DNA of 64,000 nt from Hyphochytrium catenoides (GCA_900088475.1 FLMG01000355.1:310001-374000); one strand, 5' to 3'; numbered from the stretch's first letter, positions 1 through 12,928 are shown. Numbers and translations: made by a program. The notes: generated by a model from the letters alone, not told the origin.

Positions 1-894
1 GCGACAAGGCGAAGGGCGGAGGACGCAGAAAGCAGAGTTCAAGCGCTCAGCATTTACCGCACCTCCTTGGAACACTTGTTGGACGAGTTGTGCCTGATGC
101 TTGACTCTCCATCCTCGTGGCCTTTGTCTCACGTTTTTCTTGCGCCTGAGGCCCTCTGTCTCTATGAACTAAAGACAGTGCTCTCAATGCAAATGAGGCG
201 AAAGCTACTGAATGGACTGGAGTCTCAAGAGTATTCACTGCGGTGAGGAAAGAACGAGTTGCTAGTAGTCGATAAGGCCTGCCTAGGACGTCCATCTACT
301 GCTTTACTCTACTTTGCCTGTGTTGCCGCGTGTCTCTACCTCTTCTCCCTGGGCGTAGAAGATGCTGTTGCTCTTTGACGTTAGGCTTCCTTCCATAGTA
401 TTCTCTGGCCTTTTGTCTCATTTTACCCTGAGAACAGCGAGGGCCCGCATAATTGCTGTGTGTCTTGCTTTACGTCTCACTGTTTTGTTCATATTTTACT
501 ATGCTTTAGGTGCGATTGCTGTCATGACCCAAAGCAGGATCAAGGTACCTCCGCTACGATGGAGGACATCGTCATTGCCTATCGTCTTCTGGTGGAGAAC
601 GGAGAAAAGAATATCTCCCTCTCCAGCTGGTATGACAGTTATCTTGCAGTCTATAACGACGAAGGGAAGACAGAGAGACCAGATAACCCGAGCGAGCAAG
701 GGAGAGGACGTCAGAGAAGGAAGCGGAGTCGATCAGAAGACACAAGAAAAGAGGAGACTTCTGAAGAAAGCCTCTCTGCCGAACTGTTGCTTGCTCGCTT
801 TACACGAGCCGTCTCTGAGCTTCAGTTTATGGGTATTGTCAGGCCCTTTGGGAAACAGGGAGATACCATGGAAAGGCTAGTTTATAAGAGCTGA
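1..894 (+). CDS. ORC3: Origin recognition complex subunit 3, 3' end (winged-helix C-terminal domain); gene starts upstream of the window
   Basis: Last exon 510-894 (after intron gtgagg at 243 to tttag at 509) encodes CDCCH...DIVIAYRLLVENGEKNISLSSWYDSY...LARFTRAVSELQFMGIVRP. This matches the ORC3 C-terminal pattern D..IAY.L......INL.DW...F and ARF..AV.EL.F.G..KP. Confidence 0.85.
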
Positions 895-1107
895 AAAGCG
901 TTTAGGGAGTGAGCTGCAGCAAGAGTGGGTCAGGCTTAGTTAGAGCAAGCTAACCAGAGAGCCCCGCCATTGTTTTGGCCGATTGCCGCCTTGGAGCCAA
1001 TGGCGCTTGCTCCTTCTCTCACTTCCTTCATCTGTCTGTCTCTATTGGCTCGTCCTCTCATTCAGTCACTTTTGCTCACTCCTGCAAGCGCCCATTGTCA
1101 CGAATGC

Positions 1108-1734
1108 CTAGCTCTTAGGGTCGTAGGAGCAGGAGAAGGGAGGGCGGAACTCCGTCTCATGGACAAACTCCGATATAGTGCCATAGAGGCCAACGACCAT
1201 ACATACAGAAGAGACCACTATAATGGTGTAGCACAGCCATCTCTCCCCTTTCTTCATCTCTTCCTGGAGCATCCTCAGTGCGAAGAGGCAAGGGAGAACA
1301 TACAGAGTGATTAGCCCAACAGTGGCGCCAATCAGCCCTGCCAGCGGCTCAGCGTAGGGAAGAATAAAAGCAGCGAGAAAGCTAGCAAAGATGGCACTAC
1401 TAGTGATCCAGAACCAGGTCGTTCGAGCCTGAAGGAAGAGGGCGAGGCTCTTGACACTTCTTTGGCTCTTCGTCTTCTGTGCCACACTATGGGCCTCGGA
1501 GAGCAGCGATGACGAAGTGAAGAACCTATCAACAAGAACCTTTGTGAAGACGTAGATTTGTATGCCATAAGCCACAATGATGTGGAGAAGCATGAAAGAA
1601 GAGGCCCATTTCTGCACCTCGCCGGTCAGATTATATATGATTGGGTGCTGGACACTGTCCCCTAAATGGACGAAGAGTTAGGACTGGAGGCCCTGACGAG
1701 GGCGAGAAATCGAAGGTGGCAAGGAGATCGCTTG

Positions 1735-1774
<40 letters not shown>

Positions 1775-4221
1775 GAGAGAAGAGAGCGACAAAGAGAGAG
1801 AGAGAGAGAGAGTGTAGAAGAGGGAAACGAACTTAGTCCTTAGATCTGTGAAGTCGTGCAACGTACCGAAGAAGTAAAAGCCGGTGCTTGCCACAGTGAG
1901 GTAAAGCATGAGGAAGATCGAGTTCGAGGTGCAGGTAACCTTCAGATAATTCTGTGGCTGCTTCATCTCGCACACAACTTGCACGATAATGTACTGTCCG
2001 GTGCTGAGAGAAAGAGAAAGAGGGAGAAGATGGGACACAAAGAAGATGAGACGTCAGAAGATGAGACGACAAAGAGAGAGCAATGGCAGGGAAGATAAAT
2101 AAGAGTGTCATGGAAGAGGAATCTCGGGGTAACGCCACGCCTCTCCCTCTTAAGGTGGGCGACCCTGGTGCTTGGGCTATGACAGCAGCGGAGGTTCACA
2201 TGGATTTCGCTACAAACAGCCATCTATTGCTGCCATTGAGGAACTTCAACAGTGGACTCACGGTGAGAAGCGGATTGTGAGAACAATGAAAGAGATAGTC
2301 AAAAGCGCGAAGAGATGATAGCGCTAAATCACTTACAAGGCAAAGACAATGTTCATCCATCCGGTTATCGCACGAGAGGAGTTATTTGCTTTAGGGTAGA
2401 CAGCGCTCTCTTGGGCTAGAGGGAGAGAAGCCATCATAATGATAGCGGGGATGATGACACTGAGGACTCCGACGACAGTCAGGAAGAGCATTTCATAGAG
2501 AGAACGGTTCTGTGCTATTGGCAACATGATTATGATCATGATGAAGCCGCAGGTGTAGAAGCACAGATGGTTTACTAATGCATGGAGGACTTCCGCACCA
2601 AGGAGATGCATGAGAACCTGTAAGAGGGTCGGTAAGTCATCAGAGACTTAGGTAGAAATGAGGGAGTGAGAGACAACAGTACTAGGAAGGCATAGATGTG
2701 CCCTTGCCTGGCTGAAGAGAAAAGTAGGATGAGCAGCAACGCCATTGATAATGAACTGTTGGGAAAGGGACACAGAGCTATGAGCCAGATGGAAGGCTGG
2801 GTCAAGAAATGAAAAAAAGTTGAGGCAGGCAGGTTGATCGCAAATTCAAGCAGCTCTCTAGATGTAGCCTTTGCGGTCATACTTCTAAAGCGGATAGATA
2901 AAGAAAAGGATGGTCAATTGGCACGACTCAAGCCGTACAAAGGTTGGGACCAAGTTAGACCAGAGGAGAGAGGAAGGACTCACACAGACGCCGCAGATGA
3001 AAGTGTACAGCAGACCATCTACAATGATGCCTCCGATCCTCCCAAAGGCTAATGTAGACACATCGGACAGAGAAAGCCGTAAGAAGACGATAGCAATAGG
3101 ATCGCGGAGCTCAAAGGGAGGGATCGAGGTTCAGGTCAAAGAGGTGACGCGGGGAGGAGGTGCAAAGGATCACACTGTGTGAGTGGAGCAAGGAAGACGA
3201 AGCTGTGAAACAAACCTATAATTCCAATGTCCCTAAAGGAGTTGATCTCAGGATGCTTTATCTTCAAGCGGCCCAGCAGCGTGGTAGTATACGTGGCTCC
3301 AAGGGAGAGGAGAACAGTGCTACTGATTCCCACTCTATCAGAAGTAAGACGTCAGCAGGCAGCCAGAAAGCATACAAAGAACCACATGCAGAGCAAACAC
3401 GAAGAAACAAGAGTGACTGCGCACAAAGACAGACGAAAGATAATAGAGAGGCAAGGATATAGTAGCTATATCAGCCCATCAAGCTCTATGGGACGAGGGA
3501 GAAAGTGAGCGGCAGGTGGGAGAGAGACAAGCACCGAGAGCGAGACACAGGCTGGCGACATGATGGGAGTGGAAAGAAGTGGTATCGCCAGTAGTAAGGC
3601 CTAGAGGAGGCTCTATCTCGTACTAAGGCCTAGAGGAGGCTCTATCTCGAAATGGCAGCTAGATCGGCAAACGTATCCGAAAGGCCGCGGGAGGACAAAG
3701 TGATAGACAGAGTAGCAGATGTTTACAACGTAGATGCAAAAGCCAAACGGAGACAGAGCCAAAGAGAGGCAGAGCCAGGAAGAGGCAGGTTGTCCCAAGT
3801 AAAATGGAGGCAAACAGGTGGTGACACGTACATCCAGCCCACACGGGCAAAGGCTGACGGGGAGCTAAGCACTCCCACTCCCAAGGCATTGGACAACACG
3901 ACAATGACTCCAAAGAACCAGGAGAACTTGTGCAACCCCATAATGGTCACGTCCGTGCCCTTATAGAATAGCTTGCCAGGGACGCTGAGAGTTCGCCGCC
4001 GGACGGTTGACAATACGCTTTGTCGGATGGACGAACGTGAAGGAGCACGGCTCGGCCGCATTTCCTAGAAAAACCCCACTGGTGTTTAGACCAACGCCAA
4101 AGCTTCATTTGTCCTGGACTTTACTTAGTGCACCTACCGATGGTCTTGCATGGTTTGCTTCTGTCAGGTTGGGGTCAGGCAAGAGAGGAGACGAGGCGGA
4201 CTCTACATCATTGTTCTCCAT
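1108..4221 (-). CDS. Amino acid/auxin permease (AAAP, Aa_trans) family transporter, multi-exon
   Basis: Spliced model starts MENNDVESASSPLL (ATG 4221). Exons encode VIVVLSNALGVGVLSSPSAFARVGW, KHPEINSFRDIG, IIVQVVCEMKQPQNY and ILPYAEPLAGLIGATVGLITLYVLP, with many hydrophobic TM segments and GT-AG introns. Confidence 0.9.
1739..1811. repeat. (GA)n microsatellite in a permease intron
   Basis: Two long GA runs seen directly. Confidence 0.9.
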
Positions 4222-5640
4222 TAGAGCGCTTGAGTTTACGATGGCGTACCGCAGCTCTACTGTCTAGCCGATGACCGTAGGACCGATTCCAGTTGCTCAA
4301 GGTCCGCCTATATGCTTACGGCAAGGCACACTGATGTTTTTCTGGGATATCAGAGGTCAGGATAGTGCAGCTTATAAACTCTTCTAAAGGTGTCTAAAAG
4401 CGCGCAGGCCTAGCGGGAGACTCCATGGTGTCAACCTATGAGTCCATTCAGTGCCTCGTTATCGCCAGCCTGTGGACTCCATTTCCCATCCCCTTCCAGC
4501 CTTGCAAGCATCTAGCGATCTCTTGATGCCTGAGCAGTCCTCCATGGAGCTCTGAAGCCACCGCTCCCTTGGCGCTCATCATCCTGTTGATGGACAGTGC
4601 CTCGAAGATCGAAGAAGTATCAGCATCTCCTTCCCAACATAGCATGCCATCCTGGCTTCTCTAGCCGTTAGCGGTAACGGACGACGGTTCGATTGAGAGA
4701 TCCAAATCCTGGAGGAGCTTTGAGAGAAGTGGGGACTCGATGTAGTAGTAAGCACTGTTTGCACAAGAACCCTGGAGCCAGCATGTTGACACACTGTATT
4801 AAGGGGCTACCCGATGGCCGTTAGCGGCTACCTAATGGCCGTTAGCGGCTACAGCTCAAGGGTAGGCCATGCTAATAAATGACGAGGTTTCCTTTTGGCC
4901 AGGCAGGGCGGGCGGGGCTGTGGGCTGGATATCCAGAGTCCGAAGAGCGTCGTCCAACCTCATCAGCCGCGGTCCGCTCCATGCTTGCGCTGGATGGCTG
5001 GCTCTCTGAGTCCAAAGAGTTGCTGATCAACAGCCTCAGTCATGTCTTGACCCATAGAAGCAAGGGGCTTTATCCAGGGGTAGACAATAGTCGTTCTACT
5101 GGTTCGTTCTTAGGCCGGTGAGGGGCTGTGTATCTTTCAGACGATGGTGACATCAACCTCCTGTTGTGCTTGCTGGTCGCCAGTCCAGTGCTGCCTCGCT
5201 GTTTGCTTCTTTTGGTTGATTTCCCTCATCCATTCAGCTTCCCACCTTATAAATCACAAGGGCAGAATCTTGGGATTGCGAGGATGCGCTGCTGCCTTGC
5301 TAGGGCCTTCCTAGTTGGACACGCTGAACCTAAAGAATAATGATAAGAGATGGGATCAGTAGCGCTCTTTCTCCTTGTTACAAGACGATGTGTCTTCCTC
5401 TCTTCTTACCTGCATTACGGTTGAAGATCACTTGCCGCTTGTGAAAGGCAGAAGTACTCACGGTCCGTCAGCGTTAGTCAGCAAGTTTCTCTCTTCCGGT
5501 GAGAGGGAGGAGTAGAAGTTATAGGTCACAATTAATCTCCTCGGCAGCTATATAATATCCTTTCACCGAGTCTTTGAGCTTTTAGCCAGTGCCAGCCAGA
5601 GCTTGTTGTTGGTGGTGGCAAAGAGGCAAAGCTTGACAGC

Positions 5641-8034
5641 ATGAAGATCACGCTCTTCGCTCGGGTCTTCCCTTTTCTGGCTCTTGCACTGCCAACTTCC
5701 ATTTTCTTTGCCGGTGAAGTTCATGGCGCTGTGGGACCATGGGGCAGCAATAAAATCTGGGGTCTTAACTACGACCCGCAACTACGACCAGGCGACGGGG
5801 TTCACGATTGCGGCTACAATGAGCAATCAATAGAGTCCGATCTGTGGAAGATTAAAGCTGTGACTGGCCGCTTCCGTACTTATAGTTTACTCGGATGCGA
5901 TGTGGGCCGAATATACCTGGAGAAGGCAGATAAAGTGGGGCTGAAGGTCTGGCTGGGAATGTGGGTTGGCAAAGACAACGGTGCACACATTAGGCGCGAG
6001 ATTGCTGAGCTCTCTAGATTGCTTTCGGATCCAAGGCTACGGGACATCTATTCAAGAACTGTTGAGGGTGTCATCGTTGGATCCGAGGTCCTATTCCGGG
6101 AAGACGCTACGCCAGAGCAGGTAAGGGCTATCTTCAGTAGGTGCTACAGCGCAAACTCGCCTCCAGAAGAGGAGGAATCAAGAAACAGAGAAAGAGCAAG
6201 GCCAGAAAAGGGACAAAGGCCAACTATCCATGCCAGGAGAGAAAGAGACCGGCAACAGCTGCTAAGGTGCCTGATATCTGACACTCTAATTACCCTTCCG
6301 CAGCTGACGCAGTATGTTAAGGAGTTGAGGGCCGTGGCGCGGGAGAAGGGGGTCTCTGTCACTGTGGCCAACGCTGATGTCATAACCACGGACAGCGTCA
6401 TCCAAGCGGTGTGTATGAGTCTAATACTCTGCTGCCTAGCTTGTTACTCTCCTTGCCGCTGGTCTTCTGAGCCTCATATTTATTGGCTTGAGGCTAAATG
6501 TCTGAGAGACGCTCATTGTTTTCTAACGTTCTGGTGCTCTATAGGTTGATGTCGTGATGCAGAACAACTTCCCATTTTGGGCAGGCTATAGCATTGACGG
6601 GGCTGTAGAGTCTCTCCCCACCCTCATCCGGGAAACAAGGGAGAGAGCTCAGAGGTACGGGAAGACCTACATCATCGGTGAGACTGGCTGGCCATCTCGT
6701 GGCAATCCCATGAAGCCTTCCACACCTGGCAATAAGCCCGGCATGGCTTCCCAGAATGTAAGAGATCATCTTCATGGTTTTCAGCATGAGGTATTGCCGT
6801 CAATCCGTCCACAGCACTAAGCCAAGGCCTTGCTCATTCCTTTCGCAGCGGTACCTGAATGAGTTAACCTGCCTCCTCAACCAGAAACAGATTCCTTTTC
6901 TCTACTTCCAGGCCTTCGACATGGCTTTTGATAAGACCAACAATCCTAGTAAGTGGACATACGAAGGGAGACCACAAGATGAAGTATAATTAACTAGCTC
7001 CTTAACCCTCCTCAAATATAGATGGAATCGGAGTGGATCAGCACTGGGGCATCTACAATGCTCAGCGGACTGCCATGAACTCCTGGATCCAGATTCCTAC
7101 CACGTGCGCCACACGCACACCCGCTCCAGCATGCACAATAGAGGATGGTTATGACTACATTGGGAACGATCTTGCGGAGGTTCCAGGAGGCAGCGCCGAA
7201 GTTTGTTGCGGCCTTTGCCAGGCCAGGCAGGGCTGCGAGGCCTTTGTTTGGTCCACCTACAATTCCGGCACGTGCTTTTTGAAGTCGGCAGCCGTAGAGC
7301 CCCCTGCGGACAAACCCTTCAACTACATGCTTCGAAGGGGAAAGATCTCTGCTCGATGCCCTCCATTGGAGGATAACCTAGACATTGTCGGGGGCGATGT
7401 AGGCAGTGTAAACGGAGTGAAAGATGCTGCAGAATGCTGCGCGCATTGCAACCGTTTCGCGGGATGCAAGGTCTTTACCTGGAGTGATTTCGAGGGCGGG
7501 ACCTGTTGGTTGAAGAGTGGAAGGGGACAGACAGCGTTCAAGGCTGGAGTGAAGTCAGGTGGCCGAGTGCTCTCACCTTCTGCTGGTGTCTGCAACAGTG
7601 CAGTGAAGCCGCTTGCTGGTGACTTTTCTGGCAATGATGTTGGCAGCGCCAAGAGCTCCTCGGCAGAAGGCTGCTGCGCTGTCTGTACTAGCCGCAGTGA
7701 CTGCTTCGCTTACACCTGGACAAGCTATGAGGGTGGGACGTGCTGGCTGAAAAGCGCACCTACGCTAACGCGACAGAACCCCTCAGGTGGTGCACTGTCC
7801 GCTCCTGTGTGCCCTGGAGGTGTGGAGGAGGGTGTGGACTTTGTAGGCCAAGATATTGGGTCTCGGGGTGGAGTGCCTGTGGCAGAGTACTGCTGCGGGT
7901 TGTGCAATAAGACGCCCGGATGCAGGGCCTTTACCTGGTTGTCTGGGTACCAGGGCGGGACCTGCTTCTTTAAGTCCGGCGCTAGCCAACGGGCAGCCAA
8001 CGCTCAGTGCCGCTCTGCTGTAGTGAAAAGATAG
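5641..8034 (+). CDS. Secreted GH17 beta-1,3-glucanase/transglucosylase with four C-terminal PAN/Apple (PAN_4, CBEL-type) domains
   Basis: Signal peptide. GH17 motifs FRTYS, GVIVGSEVLFR (acid/base E), IIGETGWPS (nucleophile E) and QHWGIY. Introns at about 6121-6303, 6409-6544, 6758-6848 and 6984-7022. Four repeats of D..G.D......A..CC..C....GC..F.W....GGTC.LKS. Confidence 0.92.
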
Positions 8035-8732
8035 AGCCCCGCTTACTTGCCTAATGTGAGTGAAGATGGAACAGCGAGGGCCAATGCTGGGTCATGGCTC
8101 CCAGCTACTGACCGTGCTCTGCTCACCTCGCATTTTGAAGATAAGATTGAGTATTAATAAAGTTTGCAAAGATATAGCTTGCGTTCAAGAAAGGGAGAAG
8201 GTGTCTAACAAACGGAAAACCTAAGTAAGGGCCCGGATCTAGCCTTACTAAGTCATTGTCAGATGATCTCAGCAGAGGTCAACGGCTGGCCTTGGAAGGA
8301 ACCTTGATCGAATCACCAGGTTGATGAAAATAGGTTTATGAGTATCTTCTTCTGAAGGGCCGGCCAGACACCATGGACGCCTAAGTTGCCGCCGCTGCTC
8401 ATTGATGGCCCTTCGTGCTCAGGTATCGCTCTGCCCTTACGACTGCCTTAGCCATTTATGGTATCCTGTGCCTCTTTAGCTTGATTTTCCTTGGCCAGAT
8501 AATGAAGAACGCTCTTCGCTAAGCTTTTTCTCTTCCCAGGGCGAAGCTTTTCACTTGCATGGAGGTTAATCCTGGACTGGAGTCCCGTCCGCTAGATCGC
8601 CAGTGATTTGTAACAGAGCTTCGAGTTCTCTTTATTTGAGCTTATATCGCCTTTTCTTAGACTTCGTCGACCTCTGCTAGCTAAGGCCAAAGGAACCGAT
8701 ATCAGCGCTCTAGAAGCTACAGAACATGGATC

Positions 8733-10538
8733 TTAGGTCTCCTCACGCTCCTCAATCTGCCTCCAAGCACGGACAAAGGAAGTATTAATCAGGTGACGCG
8801 TATCGAACGCAAAACTCTCGCTTTGCTTGTGATAGGTCACACTCTCCGCATACGCAGCGCCGAGGACATTGATGAGATTCTTATCTTTGTCTGCGCAGTC
8901 ATTATCACAGGAATGCTGGAAATAGACCCACACATCTCTCTCACAAAGATACTGGGCAAACTCCTCCGACACATACGGACAATGGCCGTCTAAGAAGAGG
9001 AATATGGGCGTTTTCTGACCGCAAGAGGGCTGCCTCTGAAGCTGCTTGACAATATGCTTGGCGAGAAAGAGGTCTGCCAGTTCTTCTGGGTGATCGTCAT
9101 CAGTGGAATAGGAGTGGTGCACCTCGTAACTGTCTGACAAACCCTTTCTCAAGGCAGTGGTGGTATCGTCTTCGTGTTCAGTCAGATGGTGCACGATGAA
9201 CGGTGTGATGGGAGTCTGGCCTTCACCAGAGCTGAGGATATGGACACTGGCCCATTGCGAAGCCATCGCTTTGCCTTTCATAGTTTTGAAAGGCTGGTTT
9301 CTGTCTTCCTTCTGGCAATACACTTGGCAACACGCCCCTTCTGTGTCTAAAGCAAACTCCCTCCAGTGAAGGATTTGATTGGTTTGGATGTGCCGCTGTA
9401 CTACCTTGGCCAGCTCTCCACTATTTCTTAGAGTGTTCGCGATGTTATGCGCCGTTATCTCAAGATACCTTGGTAGACCATTCATGGGGCTGAATGGCTC
9501 TCGATATGCTGGCTTCTCATGCGTTCTAGATGCGAGTTGCCTTAGCCTAAACTTCAGGAGGTCCAGCTCTCTCTTATCCTGTCTCTCACGCCATCTATAG
9601 AACTGCTGGCTGTTTCCCATTCCAACATACTCTTCCAAAGGGTCGCCCTCCTCCTCCTCTAGCGACCAAAGGGCATCCAACGGGGCTCTTTTCAGAAGTG
9701 CTCGGAGCCCTTCACGCACGTCGTCAGCCCCATAGAGCAACAGTGCAGCTATGAACATCTGCTCTTTGTTCGGAAAGGTCGTGAGTCGGCCAAAGAATAG
9801 TTCCTGCCTTATCGCGGCGAGTTTGGCTGCTAGAGTCTCCTTTCCAGTGGCTCCTTGCATCCTTCCATCCTCAAAGTCTTCTTTGATCTTCTTCCAGCAT
9901 TGCTGCCGGCTCCTCACTTGCCTTAGGTAAATCTCAAAGCCCTCATCGTCCACGGATGACTCTTCAGAATCACATAAAAGGTTGCGACTGTCCTTCGACG
10001 CTGAAGAAGTTTGTGACATCTTCCTGTTATTACGTGGAGCTGAAGGCTTAGTCTTCTTCTTCCGGCGGCCAGGATGAGGGATCTTCAATCTTCTTACAGC
10101 TTTAGCGATATCGCCCAAAGACGCCTTTCTAGGGTTCGGTAGGTCCAGGAGCTCCATATACCGCCGGAGTGTCCTCCCAGGAATGTGGTATTGCTCCTCT
10201 ACCTGTTTCTGGGTCAAATGACCCTGGCAGTGGAGTCGAAGAGCTCTCTTTACCGTGGCATCAGTGTAACTGCGCTTTGGTCCAATTTTCAAGAGCTTAC
10301 GCAGCTCTCGACGGAGGGAGGTCTCGCTATAGAAGTTCTTGAATCTTCTCAAGTATGGCTGTACTGCCTCCTCCTGAACATCAAGGTTGTGGAGAGCATC
10401 AGTTTGTGGCACCTTATGGATTATGATGCTGAGGACAGCTTGCATTAGCTGCTCCCTTGAGGCTCTCTCCTTGGCGGACTTTGGCGGAGCCAGCTCGAGC
10501 ATGCTGTTACTCTTAGACGCCATGCTGTTGAATTCCAA
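8733..10538 (-). CDS. pogo/Fot1-like (Tc1/mariner superfamily) transposase-derived protein, HTH-psq plus degenerate DDE_1, probably domesticated
   Basis: Intronless 601-aa ORF. Pipsqueak-like HTH RSYTDATVKRALRLHCQGHLTQKQVEEQYHIPGRTLRRY and DDE_1 motif PIFLFLDGH. The first (DETG) and third (QPLD) catalytic motifs are not recognisable, and no TIRs were seen. Confidence 0.7.
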   Translation of the reverse strand: MEFNSMASKSNSMLELAPPKSAKERASREQLMQAVLSIIIHKVPQTDALHNLDVQEEAVQPYLRRFKNFYSETSLRRELRKLLKIGPKRSYTDATVKRALRLHCQGHLTQKQVEEQYHIPGRTLRRYMELLDLPNPRKASLGDIAKAVRRLKIPHPGRRKKKTKPSAPRNNRKMSQTSSASKDSRNLLCDSEESSVDDEGFEIYLRQVRSRQQCWKKIKEDFEDGRMQGATGKETLAAKLAAIRQELFFGRLTTFPNKEQMFIAALLLYGADDVREGLRALLKRAPLDALWSLEEEEGDPLEEYVGMGNSQQFYRWRERQDKRELDLLKFRLRQLASRTHEKPAYREPFSPMNGLPRYLEITAHNIANTLRNSGELAKVVQRHIQTNQILHWREFALDTEGACCQVYCQKEDRNQPFKTMKGKAMASQWASVHILSSGEGQTPITPFIVHHLTEHEDDTTTALRKGLSDSYEVHHSYSTDDDHPEELADLFLAKHIVKQLQRQPSCGQKTPIFLFLDGHCPYVSEEFAQYLCERDVWVYFQHSCDNDCADKDKNLINVLGAAYAESVTYHKQSESFAFDTRHLINTSFVRAWRQIEEREET

Positions 10539-11322
10539 GCTCTATACAATGCTGTTGGCCTCGAAGCTCTATACACTTTCTGGTCTAGACAGTGCGCTGA
10601 AGTTAGTCTGGAGCTTCACTCGTGCTCTCGGGAGAAAGCGCTGTCAGAGCGGCGCTTCCAGAAGTCGCTTCTCATCCGTTTTTGAGGGAACTAACTCCGC
10701 CCCGCGCGCCCCCACAGTGAAGGAAAGGGTATGACGTCTGAGGAGCTTCGTAGCGGAGTATTGATTTCAAAGTCTCCATGGAGTTCTGATGTTCGCAACA
10801 CGAGTTCTGATGTTCGCACTTTGACAGCTCATTCAGAATACTGAAAGGGCTATTTCTGCATAAAGTGCATCTTGGCACACTCAGTTTCTGATAAGAACCA
10901 TACACTATATTATGAATATAATGAGCTCACTAGTTTGTTATTCCGTATGGGAATAGGCGAGCTACTCATTATACTGAAAAGGGAAATAAGAAAGGAGCCG
11001 AGGAGACAACTGAAACAAACGGCAAGCGAACAACATCGGACGCACTTTGAGGTTTGATGAGAGCGCTAATTGCTGTTGAGCTCCATCCTCCGAGCTGGAG
11101 CTTCACATTCCCCTTGACAGAGCTTTTTGCAGCTCCTCAGACACTGATATCTGTCTTTCTACTGGAGCCAGAGGATGGCATGTCAGGCCAGCAGCGGCAC
11201 TCAAGCTCTCATGAACATCGTCTTCCTTGCTGATTAGCTAGTCCACATGGACTCCGCATAACTCTCTCCACCACCTGTAGATTAGGGGAATTCCAACGTC
11301 ACAGATCACCCCTTATTAAACA

Positions 11323-12928
11323 ATGGTAAGGCGTCGCATTAGATCAAGGATGGAGACCTCGCTGTCTTCGCTCTGGCTTTCGGACTTAATCTGTTGCTTG
11401 CCACCTTTGGGGCGTCAATGGTCCTGTCCTTGCTCTTCACCTCTTTGTATGTCAACAAGCTTAGCCTACTAGCCTATTACTCTCTGCATCACAGTTATGT
11501 GCTAATATGTGTACTAATACTTCATCCGCCGTTTGCAAGTAGTCTGTCACCCTGCATACGTCTCACGGTGACATCAAGATAGAGGTGTGCTGTGACACAG
11601 CGCCAACAGCCTCAGAGGTAGGCGATCATGGTCTAAGTGCTCACTCCTAGTGCCTCACTTGCACCCACAGAACTTTCTCGCACTATGCGCTTCAGGATAC
11701 TATGACAACACCAAGTTCCACAGGTCAGGATGCAACAAGCACGGGCATAGACTTCTGGTCAACCCGTACTCATCGTTCATTTACTCTATCCTTGCTTTGA
11801 TAAAAGGAACATCAAGGGGTTCATGGTCCAGGGTGGAGACCCTACTGGCACTGGAAAGGGAGGAGAAAGTATATGGGGAGGCAAGTTTGCCGACGAATTC
11901 CACCCCGAGAATCGAGTGAGTAGCTTGTACTTCCACTGCTGTTGCTCCTTTATGAAGTCCCTGTTGCACCGACTCTCTTACTGTTGATAGTGGGTATCAT
12001 GTTCTCACTCTTTCTCTCTCTCTCTCTCCATTTCTCTTACCTATCTTCCTATCCAACCCTCTCCATTCCCTCTCTTCTGCCGCTCTTTCACTCTCTTTGG
12101 TCCCTGTCGTCCGAGCGTTGCTCAAACTGTCCTCTCCTATGCAGCCTTTATTTCCTGTTTTGGTGACTTCTCAGTCTTCACGATCTTGCGTCTGGGTTGT
12201 CTAGTTGTGAGTAAGTGATCTCAGACTTCGCCTGACGCTTTGCTCTTCATAATAGCATGACCGGCGAGGAATAGTGTCCATGGCCAACAGCGGCCCAAAT
12301 ACGAATAAGTCGCAATTCTTCATCACGTACGCCAAGCAGCCGCACTTAAATAACGTTTACACTGTCGTCGGAAGGTAAATTGCCTGCGTGGCTCTCCGGC
12401 AGCCACTTGTTCCCTCCCCTTGGTGTCCGCCTCTCATCAGTGCTTCATATTGGCTCTTAATGACCAGCTCCCTTGCTGATGGGAGTTCATACCACGCATG
12501 AGACGTTCCGTCTCATCTACGCATATTCGGTCTTAAGTTCCCTCACTCTTCTTACTATCGATGTTGCTATCTCATCTCTACTCTTTCGAGTGACCTCCGT
12601 GCGTTTTCCTTGTCTCCTTAGCTATAGTAACTTTCCATATGTCCTTCTATCTATTTCTCTGCAAGAGGTTATCCTACGCTTCTGCACTATGTCGCAGTTT
12701 TCTTTAGTCCTGGGTTACTCTTCCTAGCTTCACACTTGTACTGCACCTCGACCACCATGCATGAATTTAACCTCATACCCTCCCGGCCCCTACTTTCTGT
12801 GCAGAGTCATTGATGGTATGGAAACTCTTGACGCGATGGAAAAAGTTCCCACTGATAGTAAAGACCGGCCTTTGAGTGAGATAATCCTCAAGAGCGTCAC
12901 TATACACGCCAACCCTCTTGCAGACTAA
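11323..12928 (+). CDS. PPIL3: Peptidyl-prolyl cis-trans isomerase-like 3 (cyclophilin), 6 coding exons
   Basis: Spliced translation: M|[25 protein letters not shown]|[18 protein letters not shown]|[36 protein letters not shown]|[40 protein letters not shown]|[15 protein letters not shown]...[10 protein letters not shown]. Confidence 0.95.

Noticed and set aside
4805-4851. Short direct repeats as a CRISPR-like array
   Set aside because: Only two adjacent copies, no spacers, eukaryotic context, no cas genes.
4400-5350. Short ORFs and an IILLMDSA segment resembling a DDE motif
   Set aside because: No additional motifs or consistent frame; a call cannot be supported.
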